64,000 nt of DNA from Heterodontus francisci. Lineage: Eukaryota. The translations under genes were made by a program, and so were the position numbers. This document shows positions 1 to 11,543 of the stretch, piece after piece. A model generated the notes under the pieces. That model ran no database searches. It saw only the letters and a program-made list of their open reading frames with translations, and had not been told where the DNA came from. Location of the stretch: NCBI RefSeq assembly GCF_036365525.1, contig NC_090374.1, forward strand, positions 14,673,168 to 14,737,167. Reading direction: 5' to 3'. Each line of letters opens with the position of its first letter. The first letter of the stretch is position 1.

Positions 1-130
1 CAGACCATCTATATCGTCCTGTAATCTAAGGCGTTCCTCCTCACTATTTACGACACCACCAATTTTTGTGTCATCTGTGAACTTACGGATCATACCTCCT
101 ATATTCAAGTCTAGATCAGTAATGTACAAG

Positions 131-967
131 GAGCCCTTGAAAAATTGAAGTCCGTGGGAATCGGGGGAAAGCTCTCCACTGGCTGGAGTACAAACGTAGA
201 TGGTGGCGGTTGTTGGACATCAATCATCTCGGCCCAGGACATCAATCATCTCGGCCCAGGACATCACTGCATGAGTTCCCCAGGGCAATGTGCTAGGCTC
301 AACCATTTTCAGCTGGTGCATCAATGACCTTCCCTCCATCATAATGCTAGAAGTGGGGATGCTTGCTGATGATTGCGCAGAGTTTAGTCCTGTTCTTAAC
401 TTCTCAGATATTGAAGCAGTCCATGTTTGTATATACAAAGACTTGGACAACATTCAAGCTGAGAAGTGGCAAGTATCATTGGCACCACACAAGTTCCAGC
501 CAATGACCATCTCCAACAAGAGAGAACCTAACCATCTCACGTTGACAGTCAAACGCATTGCCATTGCTGAATGCCTTCCATCAACATCCTGGGGTTACTA
601 TTGACCAGAAACTTAACTAGATCAGGCAAATAAATACTGTGACTACAAGAGCAGGTCAGAGGCTAGGAATTCTGCAGTGAGTAACTCACCTCCTGACTCC
701 CCAAAGCCTGTCCACCATCTACAAGGTACAAGCCACCTGCAAGTTCTCCTCGAAGTCACTCACCATCCTGTCTTGGAACTATGTCACCGAACCTTCACTG
801 TTGCTGGTTCAAAGTCCAGGAACTCTTTCCCTAATAGCACTGTGCACCTACACCAGAAGAAGTGCAGCAGTTCAAGAAGGCTGTTCACCACCACCTTCTC
901 AAGGGCAATTAGAGATGGACAATAAATGCTGGGCTTACCAGCGTTGCCTACATCCCATGAAAAAAAT
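131..967 (+). mobile_element. Degenerate 3' fragment of a non-LTR retrotransposon, here 'family B' (CR1/L2-group LINE)
   Basis: RT remnant (FSWCINDLPSII...GMLADDC) and the family 3' tail AAGGGCAATTAGAGATGGACAATAAATGCTGG...CATCCCATGAAAAAA shared with many other copies in the window. Confidence 0.85.
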
Positions 968-2120
968 CTCCTCTGGACCATCTCTAGTGCGATCACATCT
1001 TTCATGTAATACGGTGACCAGAGCTGTAAGCAGTATTCTAGTTGTGGCCTAACTAGTGTTTTTTTATAGTTCTAGCATAACCTCCGTGCTCTTACATTCT
1101 ATGCCTTGCTTAATAAAGGAATGTATCCCATATGCCTTCTTTACCACCTTGTCTATTGTCTTGCTACCTTGAGGGATCGATGGGCATGCACTATAAGGTC
1201 TCTCTGTTCCCCGACACTTCTCAGTATCCTACCATTTATTGTGTATTCCCTTGCCTTGCTTGCTGTCCCCAAATGCAGTACCTCACACTTCTCTGGGTTG
1301 AATTTCTTTTGCCACTTTTCTGCCCACCTGACCACTATCAACCACACAGCTAATTTTTGTACCATTTTCAAACTTCTTAATCATCCCCCATACATTTGAG
1401 TCTAAATCATTGACATATATCCCGAACAGTACTCAGCTTTGTGGAACTGTACTGGGAACAGCTGTCCAGTCACAAATTCTCTGTTGACCATTATGCTTTG
1501 CTTCCCACCACTGAGTCAATTTTGGATCCAACTTGCCACATTGCCTTGGATCGCATGGGCTGTTACTTTTCTGACCAGTTTGTTAATTTTCTGACCAGTC
1601 TGTCACTTTTCAGACCAGTCTGTCACTTTTCAGACCAGTCTGTCACTTTTCTGACCAGTCTGTCACTTTTCTGACCAGTCCATTACTTTTCTGACCAGTC
1701 TGTCACTTTTCTGACCAGTCTGTCACTTTTCTGATCAGTCTGTTAATTTTCTGACCAGTCTGTCACTTTTCTGACCAGTCTGTCACTTTTCTGACCAGTC
1801 TGTTAATTTTCTGACCAGTCTGTCACTTTTCTGACCAGTCTGTTAATTTTCTGACCAGTCTGTCACTTTTCTGACCAGTCTGTTAATTTTCTGACCAGTC
1901 TGTCACTTTTCTGACCAGTCTGTCACTTTTCTGACCAGTCTGTCACTTTTCTGACCAGTCTGTTAATTTTCTGACCAGTCTGTCACTTTTCTGACCAGTC
2001 TGTCATTTGGAACCTTGTCAAAAGCCTTACTAAAATCCTATGCCCTTCCCTCCTCAAACATCCTTGTTACCTCTTCAAAAAATTCAATCAAGTTTGTCAG
2101 ACACAACCTTCCCTTAACGA
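968..2120 (-). mobile_element. Degenerate CR1 LINE ORF2 fragment containing an internal minisatellite
   Basis: ORF 1153..1371 (WAEKWQKKFNPEKCEVLHLG) and KAFDKVP motif at ~2010-2030 on minus strand. Confidence 0.85.
1561..2005. repeat. 20-bp minisatellite, about 22 units (TGTCACTTTTCTGACCAGTC and variant TGTTAATTTTCTGACCAGTC)
   Basis: Exact 20-bp periodicity directly visible. Confidence 0.97.
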
Positions 2121-2124
2121 ATTA

Positions 2125-2300
2125 GCCTGAGATGGCAGAAGGACCTTGGCTTGATTTCTCATCCAAAAGATGGCATCTCCAGTACTGCAACAATTCCTCA
2201 GTACTGCACTGGAGTATGTGCTCAAAGTCTCTGGAGTGGGACGAAGAACACACAACATTTTGATTCAGAGGCGAGAATGCTATCCACTAAACCACAGCTA
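2125..2300 (-). mobile_element. tRNA-derived Deu-domain SINE fragment (SacSINE1-like)
   Basis: CTCAGTACTGCACTGG...TCTGGAGTGGGAC...TCAGAGGCGAGA motif, homologous to copies at ~40770-41140, 41700-42020 and 56210-56570. Confidence 0.7.
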
Positions 2301-3968
2301 ATTGTAGGATCATAGGAAATAGGAGCAGGAGTAGGCCATTCGGCCCATCGAGCCTGCTCCGCCATTCAAACAGATCATGGCTGATCATCTACCTCTACGC
2401 CATTTTTCCCCACTATCCCCATATCCCTTGATATCATTAGTATCCAGAAATCTATTGATTTCTGTCTTGAACATACTCAATGATTGAGCTTCCACAGCCC
2501 GCTGGAGTAGAGACTTCCACAGGTTCACCACCCCCTGAGTGAAGAAATTCCTTCTCATCTCAGTGTTAAGTGGCCTGCCCCTTGTTCTAGACTCACCATC
2601 CAGAGAAAACATCCTATCCATATTTACCCTGTCACGCCCTGTAAGAATTTTGTAAGTTTCAATGAGATCACCTCTCATTCTTCGAAACGCTAGAGAATAC
2701 AGGCCCAGTTTCTGAAATCTCTCCTCATAAGACAATCCCACCATCCCAGGGATTCGTCTGGTGAACCTCCGTATCACTCCCTCTATGGCAAGTACAAGGA
2801 GACCAAAACTGTACGCAATACTCCAGGTGCGGTCTTACCAAGGCTTTATACAATTGCAGTATTACATCTTTACAGCTGCACTCAAATCCCCTTGCAAAGA
2901 AGGGCAACATACCATTTGCCTTCTTAATTGCTTGATGCACCTGCATGCGAGCTTTTAGTGACTCATAAACAAGGACACCCAGGTCTCTTTAGATATCAAC
3001 ACTTCCCAACCTCTCATCATTTAAGAAATACTCTGCCTTTCTGTTTTTTCTACCAAAGCGGATCACTTCACACTTATTCACATTATATTCCATTTGCCAT
3101 GTTCTTGCCCATTCACTTAGCATGTCCAAAATCCCCTTGAAGCCTTCTTGCATCCTCCTCACAACTTACATTCCCCCCTAGTTTTGTGTCATCAGCAAAT
3201 TTGGAAATATGACAATTGGCCCCCACATTCAAATCATTTATGTAGATTGTGAACAGCTGTGGCCCAAGCACTGATCCTTGCAGTACCCCACCAGCAACAG
3301 CCTGCTATCTTGAGAATGACCCATTTATTCCTACTCTCTGCTTTCTGTCTGTTAACCAATTCTCAGTCCTTTGCAGTATATTACCCCCAATCCCATGTGC
3401 TCTAATTTCGTTTACTAACCTCCCGTGTGGGACCTTATTAAAAGCCTTCTGAAAATCCAAATACACCACATCCACTGGTTCCCCTTTATCTATGATACAA
3501 GTAACATCCTCAAAAAACTCCAACAGGTTTGTCAAAATGATTTCCCTTTCACAAATCCATGTTGACTCGGCCCAATCATATCATTATTTTCCAAGTGTCC
3601 AGTTACCTCATGCTATATAATGGATTCTAACATTTTCCCTACTACTGACATCAAACTAATAGGTCTGTACTTCTCTGTTTTCTCTCTCGTTCCCTACTTA
3701 AATAGTAGGGTTACATTTGAACAAAGAACAAACAAAGAACAAAGAACAGTACAGCACAGGAACAGGCCATTCGGCCCTCCAAGCCTGCGCCAATCTTGAT
3801 GCCTGCCTAAACTAACACCTTCTGCACTTCCGGGGCCCATATCCCTCTATTCCCTTCCTATTCATGTATTTGTCAAGATGTCTCTTAAACGTCGCTATCG
3901 TATCTGCTTCCACCACCTCCCCTGGCAGCATGTTCCAGGCACTCACCACCCTCTGTGTAAAAAAACTT

Positions 3969-6900
3969 TTTTAGAATTAGAATTAGAATATTACAGCGCA
4001 GTACAGGCCCTTCGGCCCTCGATGTTGCGCCGATCATCTGACCTACACTATTCCATTTACATCCATATGTCTATCCAATGACCACTTAAATGCCCTTAAA
4101 GTTGGCGAGTCTACTACTGTTGCAGGCAGGGCGTTCCACGCCCCTACTACTCTCTGCATAAAGAAACTACCTCTGACATCTGTCCTATATCTTTCACCCC
4201 TCAACTTAAAGCTATGTCCCCTCGTGTTTGCCATCCTCATCCGAGGAAAAAGACTCTCACTATCCACCCTATCTAACCCTCTGATTATCTTGTATGTCTC
4301 TATTAAGTCACCTCTCCTCCTCCTTCTCTCTAACGAAAACAACCCCAAGTCCCTCAGCCTTTCCTCGTAAGACCTTCCTTCCATACCAGGCAACATCCTA
4401 GTAAATCTCCTCTGCACCCTTTCCAAAGCTTCGACATCCTTCCTATAATGCGGTGACCAGAACTGCACGCAATACTCCAGGTGCGGCCTCACCAGAGTTT
4501 TGTACAGCTGCATCATGACCCCGTGGCTCTGAAACTCGATCCCCCTACTAATAAAGGCTAACACACCATATGCCTTCTTAACAGCCCTATTAACCTGGGT
4601 AGCAACTTTCAGGGATTTATGTACCTGGATACCAAGATCTCTCTGCTCATCTACACTACCAAGAATCTTCCCATTAGCCCAGTACTCTGCATTGCTGTTA
4701 CTCCTTCCAAAGTGAATCACCTCACACTTCTCCGCATTAAACTCCATTTGCCATCTCTCAGCCCAGCTCTGCAGCCTATCTATGTCCCTCTGTACCCTAC
4801 AACACCCTTCGACACTATCCACAACTCCACCGACCTTCGTGTCATCCGCAAATTTACTAACCCACCCTTCTACACCCTCATCCAGGTCGTTTATAAAAAT
4901 GACAAACAGCAGTGGCCCCAAAACAGAACCTTGCGGTACACCACTAGTAACTAAACTCCAGGATGAACATTTGCCATCAACCACCACCCTCTGTCTTCTT
5001 TCAGCTAGCCAATTTCTGATCCAAAGCTCTAAATCACCTTCAACCCCATACTTGCGTATTTTCTGCAATAGCCTACCGTGGGGAACCTTATCAAACGCCT
5101 TACTGAAATCCATATACACCACATCCACGGCTTTACCCTCATCCACCTGTTTGGTCACCTTCTCGAAAAACTCAATAAGGTTTGTGAGGCACGACCTACC
5201 TTTCACAAAACCGTGCTGACTATCGCAAATGAACTTATTCTTTTCAAGATGATTATAAATCCTGTCTCTTATAACCTTTTCCAACATTTTACCCACAACC
5301 GAAGTAAGGCTCACAGGTCTATAATTACCAGGGCTGTCTCTACTCCCCTTCTTGAACAAGGGGACAACATTTGCTATCCTCCAGTCCTCCGGCACTACTC
5401 CTGTCGACAATGACGACTTGAAGATCAACAACAACGGCTCTGCAATCTCCTCCCTGGCTTCCCAGAGAATCCTAGGATAAATCCCATCTGGCCCAGGGGA
5501 CTTATCTATTTTCACTCTTTCCAAAATTGCTAACACCTCCTCCTTGTGAATCTCAATCCCATCTAGCCTAGTAGCCTGAATCTCAGTATTCTCCTCGGCA
5601 ACATTTTCTTTCTCTACTGTAAATACTGACGAAAAATATTCATTTAACGCTTCCCCTATCTCCTCTGATTCCGCACACAACTTCCCACTACTATCCTTGA
5701 TTGGCCCTGTTCTAACTCTTATCATTCGTTTATTCCTGATATACCTATAGAAAGCCTTAGGGTTTTCTTTGATCCTATCCGCCAATGACTTCTCGTGTCC
5801 TCTCCTTGCTCTTCTTAGCCCTCCCTTTAGATCCTTCCTGGCTAGCTTGTAACTCTCAAGCGCCCTAACTGAGCCTTCACGTCTCATCCTAACATAAGCC
5901 GCCCTCTTCCTCTTGACAAGCGCTTCAACTTCTTGAGTAAACCACGGCTCCCTTGCTCGACAACTTCCTCCCTGCCTGACAGGTACATACTTATCAAGGA
6001 CACGCATTAGCTGCTCCTTGAATAAGCTCCACATTTCGTTTGTGCCCATCCCCTGCAGTTTCCTTCCCCATCCTACACATCCTAAATCTTGCCTAATCGC
6101 GTCATAATTTCCTTTCCCCCAGCTATAATTCTTGCCCTGCGGTATATACCTGTCCCTGCCCATCGCTAAGGTAAACCTAACCGAATTGTGATCACTATCG
6201 CCAAAGTGCTCACCTACATCTAAATCGAACACCTGGCCGGGTTCATTACCCAGTACCAAATCCAATGTGGCATCGCCCCTGGTTGGCCTGTCCACATACT
6301 GTGTCAGAAAACCCTCCTGCACACACTGGACAAAAACAGACCCATCTAAAGTACTCGAACTATAGTATTTCCAGTCAATATTTGGAAAGTTAAAGTCCCC
6401 CATAACCACTACCCTGTTACTCTCGCTCCTGTCGAGAATCATCTTCGCTATCCTTTCCTCTACATCTCTGGAACTATTCGGAGGTCTATAGAAAACTCCC
6501 AACAGGGTGACCTCTCCTCTCCTGTTTCTAACCTCGGCCCATACTACCTCAGTAGACGAGTCCTCAAACGTCCTTTCTGCCGCTGTAATACTTTCCTTGA
6601 TTAACAATGCCACACCCCCCCCTCTTTTACCCTCTTCTCTGTTCTTTCTGAAACATCTAAATCCCGGAACCTGCAACATCCATTCCTGCCCCTGCTCTAC
6701 CCATGTCTCCGAAATGGCCACAACATCAGGATCCCAGGTACCAACCCATGCTGCAAGCTCACCCACCTTATTCCGGATGCTCCTGGCGTTGAAGTAGACA
6801 CACTTTAAACCAAGTTCTTGCTTGCCAGTGCCCTCTTGCGTCCCTGTAACCTTATCCCCTACCTCACTACTCTCAACAGCCTGTACACTGGCACTGCAAT

Positions 6901-7157
6901 TTAGGTTCCCATTCCCCTGCTGATTTAGTTTAAACCCCCCCGAAGAGCACTAACAAATCTCCCCCCCAGGATATTGGTACCCCTCTGGTTCAGGTGAAGA
7001 CCATCCTGTTTGTAGAGGTCCCACCTACCCCAGAAAGAGCCCCAATTATCCAGGAAACCAAAACCCTCCCTCCTACACCATCCCTGCAGCCACGTGTTCA
7101 ACTCCTCTCTCTCCCTATTCCTCTCTTCGCTAGCACGTGGCACAGGCAACAACCCAT
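3969..7157 (-). mobile_element. Young CR1 LINE, 5'-truncated within ORF1, with intact ORF2
   Basis: (TTCTAA)n tail at 3969-3990, uninterrupted ORF2, ORF1 C-terminus (SGNH block DGLHL) at 6925-7157, short AACTT duplication at the junctions. Confidence 0.93.
4043..6934 (-). CDS. CR1 ORF2: APE endonuclease + reverse transcriptase, intact reading frame of about 963 aa
   Basis: 907-aa ORF in the track starts at a GTG; the frame stays open upstream to 6934. Motifs [55 protein letters not shown]. Confidence 0.95.
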   Translation of the reverse strand, partial: FKLNQQGNGNLNCSASVQAVESSEVGDKVTGTQEGTGKQELGLKCVYFNARSIRNKVGELAAWVGTWDPDVVAISETWVEQGQEWMLQVPGFRCFRKNREEGKRGGGVALLIKESITAAERTFEDSSTEVVWAEVRNRRGEVTLLGVFYRPPNSSRDVEERIAKMILDRSESNRVVVMGDFNFPNIDWKYYSSSTLDGSVFVQCVQEGFLTQYVDRPTRGDATLDLVLGNEPGQVFDLDVGEHFGDSDHNSVRFTLAMGRDRYIPQGKNYSWGKGNYDAIRQDLGCVGWGRKLQGMGTNEMWSLFKEQLMRVLDKYVPVRQGGSCRAREPWFTQEVEALVKRKRAAYVRMRREGSVRALESYKLARKDLKGGLRRARRGHEKSLADRIKENPKAFYRYIRNKRMIRVRTGPIKDSSGKLCAESEEIGEALNEYFSSVFTVEKENVAEENTEIQATRLDGIEIHKEEVLAILERVKIDKSPGPDGIYPRILWEAREEIAEPLLLIFKSSLSTGVVPEDWRIANVVPLFKKGSRDSPGNYRPVSLTSVVGKMLEKVIRDRIYNHLEKNKFICDSQHGFVKGRSCLTNLIEFFEKVTKQVDEGKAVDVVYMDFSKAFDKVPHGRLLQKIRKYGVEGDLELWIRNWLAERRQRVVVDGKCSSWSLVTSGVPQGSVLGPLLFVIFINDLDEGVEGWVSKFADDTKVGGVVDSVEGCCRVQRDIDRLQSWAERWQMEFNAEKCEVIHFGRSNSNAEYWANGKILGSVDEQRDLGIQVHKSLKVATQVNRAVKKAYGVLAFISRGIEFQSHGVMMQLYKTLVRPHLEYCVQFWSPHYRKDVEALERVQRRFTRMLPGMEGRSYEERLRDLGLFSLERRRRRGDLIETYKIIRGLDRVDSESLFPRMRMANTRGHSFKLRGERYRTDVRGSFFMQRVVGAWNALPATVVDSPTLRAFKWSLDRHMDVNGIV

Positions 7158-8899
7158 AACTTGCCTCGCACATCCCCTCTAAACTTTGCCCCTCGCACCT
7201 TAAACCTATGTCCCCTAGTAACTGACTCTTCCACCCTGGGGAAAAGCTTCTGACGATCCACTCTGTCCATGCCGCTCATAACTTTGTAAACCTCTATCAT
7301 GTCGCCCCTCCACCTCCGTCGTTCCAGTGAAACCAATCCGAGTTTATCCAGCCTCTCCTCATAGCTAATACCCTCCAGACCAGGCAACATCCTGGTAAAC
7401 CTCCTCTGTACCCTCTCCAAAGCCTCCACGTCCTTCTGGTAGTGTGGCGACCAGAATTGCACGCAATATTCTAAGTGTGGCCTAACTAAGGTTCTGTACA
7501 GCTGCAACATGACTTGCCAATTTTTATACTCTGTACCCCGACCGATGAAGACAAGCATGCCGTATGCCTTCTTGACTACCTTATCCACCTGCGTTGCCAC
7601 TTTCAGTGACCTGTGGACCTGTACGCCCAGATCTCTCTGCCTGTCAATACTCCTAAGGGTTCTGCCATTTACTGTATACCTCCCACCTGCATTAGATCTT
7701 CCAAAATGCATTACCTCACATTTGTCCGGATTAAACTCCATCTGCCATTTCTCCTTTGCTACTTTCCAGTCTGCAGGAACCCTTCCAGAATCGATAGAAT
7801 TTTGAAAGATAACCACCAATGCATTCACTATCTCTATACCAACCTCCTTCAATACTCTGGGATGTAGCTCATCTGGTCTGGAGATTTATCAACTTTCCAT
7901 CCAATTAATTTTTCGAGTACTACCTCTTTAATGATACTAATTACTTTCAGTTCTTCATTTTTACATGTCTCTTGGTTCCCTAGTATTTCTGGGAGATTTT
8001 CTGTGTCTTCCTCTGTGAAGACAGACACAAAGTAATTGTTTAGTCTCTCGCCATTTCCTCATTCTCCACCACAAATTCTCCTGTCTCCACCTTCAATGGA
8101 CCCACATACATCCTTGCTAATCGTTGCCTTTTCACATAGCTAAAGGAGCTTTTACAGTCTGCTTTTATGTTTCTAGAAAGCTTGCATTCATAATCTCTTT
8201 TCCCTTTCTTTATCAGTTTCTTGGTCCTCCTTTGTTGGACTCTAAATTGCTCCCAAACCTCAGGCTTACCACTTTTTCTGGCAACCTTATAAGCCATTTC
8301 CTTTGACCTAATGCATTCTTTAACTTCTTTTGTTAGCCATGGTTGATTCACCTTTCTTGTTGAGTTTTTGTGTCTCAGTGTATATTTCTTGTAAACCATG
8401 TAAAACTTCTTTAAATACGAGCCTTTGCCTGTCTACCGTCAAATCTTTTAATGTGTTTTCCCAATCCACCATAGCAAACTTGCCCCTCATACCTTTATGG
8501 TTTCCTTTGGTCCGATTTAAGTCTCAAGTTTCAGAATTAACTACATTTCTTTCAAACTTAATGTAGCGTTCTAACATATTGTGGTCGCTATTTCCTAATG
8601 GCTCCTTTACAGCAAGGTTATTAATTAGCTCTTTCTCATTACATAATACTAATTCTAAAATAGCCTGATCCCTAGTTGGTTCTTCAATATACTGCTGTCG
8701 AAACCCATCTTGTACACATTCCAGAATTCATCCGTCACAGCATTAGTGCTAATTAGGTTTATCCAATCTATATGTAAATTGAAGTTTCCCATTATTACTG
8801 TATTGCCCATGCTCCATATAACTCTAATTTCCTGGTTTTTACCGTGCCCAACACTACCACGACAGTTTGGTGGCCTATAAACAACTCCCACCAATGTTT

Positions 8900-9040
8900 A
8901 AAGAAAAGCAAAATACTGCAGATGCTGGAAATCTAAAATAAAAACAAAATGTGCTGGAAAATACTCAGCGGGTCTGGCAGCATCTGTGGAGAGAGAAGTA
9001 AAGTTAATTTTTCAGGTCAGTGACCTTTCATCAGAACTGC
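8900..9040 (-). mobile_element. Penelope-like element terminal fragment with a hammerhead-like core
   Basis: Homologous to the end of the GIY-YIG Penelope at 46261-46360; minus strand reads CTGATGA-aggtca-c-tgacct-GAAA. Confidence 0.7.
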
Positions 9041-9042
9041 AC

Positions 9043-10066
9043 AGAACCATACCTAGCGCAAAGGAAGGTGGTTGTGGTTGTTGGAGGTCAATCATCTAAG
9101 CTCCAGGACATCACTGCTGGAGTTCCTCAGGATAGTGTCATCTTCAGCTACTTCATCAATGACCTTCCTTCAATCATAAGTTCAGAAGTGGGGATGTTCG
9201 CTGATGATTGCACAATGTTCAGCACCTTTGAAGCAGTCCATGTAGAAATGCAGCAAGGCCTGGACAATATCCAGGATTGGGCTGAAAAGTGGAAAGTAAC
9301 ATTCGCGCCACACAAGTGCCAGGCAATGACCATCACCAACAAGAGAAAATCTAACCATCTCCCCTTGACATTCAATGGCATTACCATTGCTGAATCCCCC
9401 ACTATCAACATCCTGGAGTTACCATTGACCAGAAACTGAACTGGAGTCACCATATAAATACTGTGGCTACAAGAGCAGGTCAGAGGCTAGGAATCCTGTG
9501 GCGAGTAACTCACCTCCTGACTCCCCAAAGTCTGTCCACCATCTACAAGGCTCAAGTCAGGAATGTGATGGAATACTCTCCACTTGCCTGGATGGGTGCA
9601 GCTCCAACAACATTCAAGAAGCTCGACGCCATCCAAGATAAAGCAGCCCGCTTGATTAGGACCCCATCCACCACCTTCAACATTCACTCCCTCCACCACC
9701 AATGCACAGTGGCAGCAGTGTGTACCATCTGCAACATGCACTGCAGCAACGCACCAAGACTCCTTCAACAGCACCTTCCAAACCCGCGACCTCTACCACC
9801 TCGAAGGGCAAGAGCAGCAGATGCATGGGAACACCATCACCTGCAAGTGACCCTCTAAGCCACACACCATCATTAGTTGGAACTATATCACCATTCCTTC
9901 ACTGTCGCTGGGTCAAAATCCTGGAACTCCCTTCCTAACAGCACTGTGGGTGTATCTACCTCCCATGGACTGCAGAGGTTCAAGAAGGTAGCTCATCACC
10001 ACCTTCTCAAGAGCAATTAGGGATGGCCTAGCCAGCGACGCCCACATCCCATGAATGAATAAAAAA
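9043..10066 (+). mobile_element. Family B LINE, 5'-truncated (RT + 3' tail)
   Basis: ORFs 9020..9439 (GVPQ, FADD) and 9463..9858; tail CCCATGAATGAATAAAAAA. Confidence 0.9.
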
Positions 10067-10621
10067 CAATTCTGAGCTAACTCTTGGGTTCCCAACCCCC
10101 TGACAATTTAGTTTAAACCCTCCCCAACAGCACTAGAAAATCTCACTGCGAGGATGTTAGTCCCGGTCCTGCTAATGTGCAACCCATCAATCTTGTACAG
10201 GACCCACCTATCCCAGAACATGTCCCAATGCCTCAGAAATCTGATATCCTCCCTCCTGCACCAGTTCTCCAGCCATGTGTTAAATCGCTTAATCCTCCTA
10301 TTCCTATGCTCACTCGCACGTTGGCATTGGGAATAAACCTGAGATTACTGCTTTTAAGGTCCTGCTTTTTAATTTCATATTTCCAATGTGGGTATGCCAC
10401 AAATGGTCTTGAAATGGCTAAGGATTAAGTTGAAAGATATCTCGGTACATTAATAGTTTCAGTGCTTAACATGTTATCATGTTCAATTGCAAATAAAATG
10501 CTGAGCTACATGGCTACAAGTCCGAGAGAGTGATTCTCAAACTGTACAGTGCTCTGGTTCGGTCATATCTTGATTGCCATGTTCTAGTCACACAGTAAGA
10601 CAGTCAAGTCCTGGAGGCAAG

Positions 10622-11543
10622 TGTCAGGCAAGCCCCCCACCTGCCAAAAATGAGGAAAATTAATTTTGCCACATGAACATTGATTTTGGACTGTTGTTGG
10701 TGAAGACAGAACTTGCTTTAAAAACACTTGGGGACTTTGGCTGGAGAGAGATATTACCATATCAACAGACAGTACTTCAAAGGATGAAGGGGCTAGTCCC
10801 TGCTCCAATTTAATCCACAGTGGACTTTTGATTACCAGACGTTGAAGGTGGAAAGGCTAGCATTCCAGGTTAACTGCTAAGATGGCCAAATACACAAAAA
10901 GATGTGGTCAGACCGGCTTGGGTCACATGACTAACTGACTGTTGGAGTTTTTTTGAATTTGAACTTCCAACAGGGAATTTGAAATCAGAAAGCTGTTTTC
11001 TCCTGGACTGATAACTCCTCTCTCCTGTCTGCTCTCATCTCACTCTCACCAGCTTCGGAAACCATTGAAGACACATGAACCCAAGAGAGAAAAGTCTCCT
11101 ACAGTGAACAAGGGTTAAGAAGAATACTGGGCCACAACAAAAAGCAAGACTACTTACAAAAGGACTGAGCTCGAAGCACAGTAAACAAGAAACTCTTCTG
11201 ATATTGCCTCAAGCCTCTCTATTTTATTTTTCTTCTGCTCTTTTCTGTCTCTATTTGCATGTGTGTATCATATGTGCATGCTAGCGTGGGCGTGTCGTAT
11301 ATCCGTAGGCGTTAACCGTATTAGAGTTTAAGTTTAAGTTTCAATAAATTTCACTTTTTTCTTTAAACCTAAGAAAGCTTGTTTGTGCTCATTTCTTTGC
11401 CTTATAATTAGAAAGTGGTGAACAAGAATTCACCAAAGGGGGAGCTCAAAACACAGTGTGTTTAAAAATGAAACCCTGTTACAATAAGACCAGGTGAAGA
11501 CAGTAAAAGACCCCCTCGACACCTTTCTCACCTGGTTGTAACA
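10622..11543 (+). mobile_element. Solo LTR (~920 bp), related to the Gypsy LTR at 54651-55535
   Basis: TGTCA...TAACA termini; colinear homology with 54651-55535; no internal sequence or PBS follows. Confidence 0.88.

Larger units (their letters stand above)
3720..7754 (-). mobile_element. 5'-truncated CR1 (AAAGAAC-tail family), split into 3720-3968 and 7158-7754 by a younger CR1
   Basis: CTCTGTGTAAAAAAACTT|...|AACTTGCCTCGCACATCC rejoins; same family as 61878-62910. Confidence 0.85.
2305..10380 (-). mobile_element. Old CR1 LINE hosting a nested cluster (pieces 2305-3719, 7755-8897, 10067-10380)
   Basis: 3' end at ~2305; RT, linker and endonuclease fragments are colinear (ORFs 2385..2777, 3305..3535, 8040..8399, 8655..8894); ...GTTACATTTG|...|TTTGCTACTTTCC rejoins across the insert; ORF1 C-terminus at 10108-10380. 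Confidence 0.8.

Noticed and set aside
1561-2005. CRISPR-like array
   Set aside because: Units are contiguous with no unique spacers, derive from LINE sequence, and the DNA is vertebrate
4619-7867. Plus-strand ORFs of 60-145 aa overlapping the CR1s (and equivalent ORFs throughout the window)
   Set aside because: Antisense shadows of LINE ORF2; they recur at every copy of the same repeat and have no independent motifs
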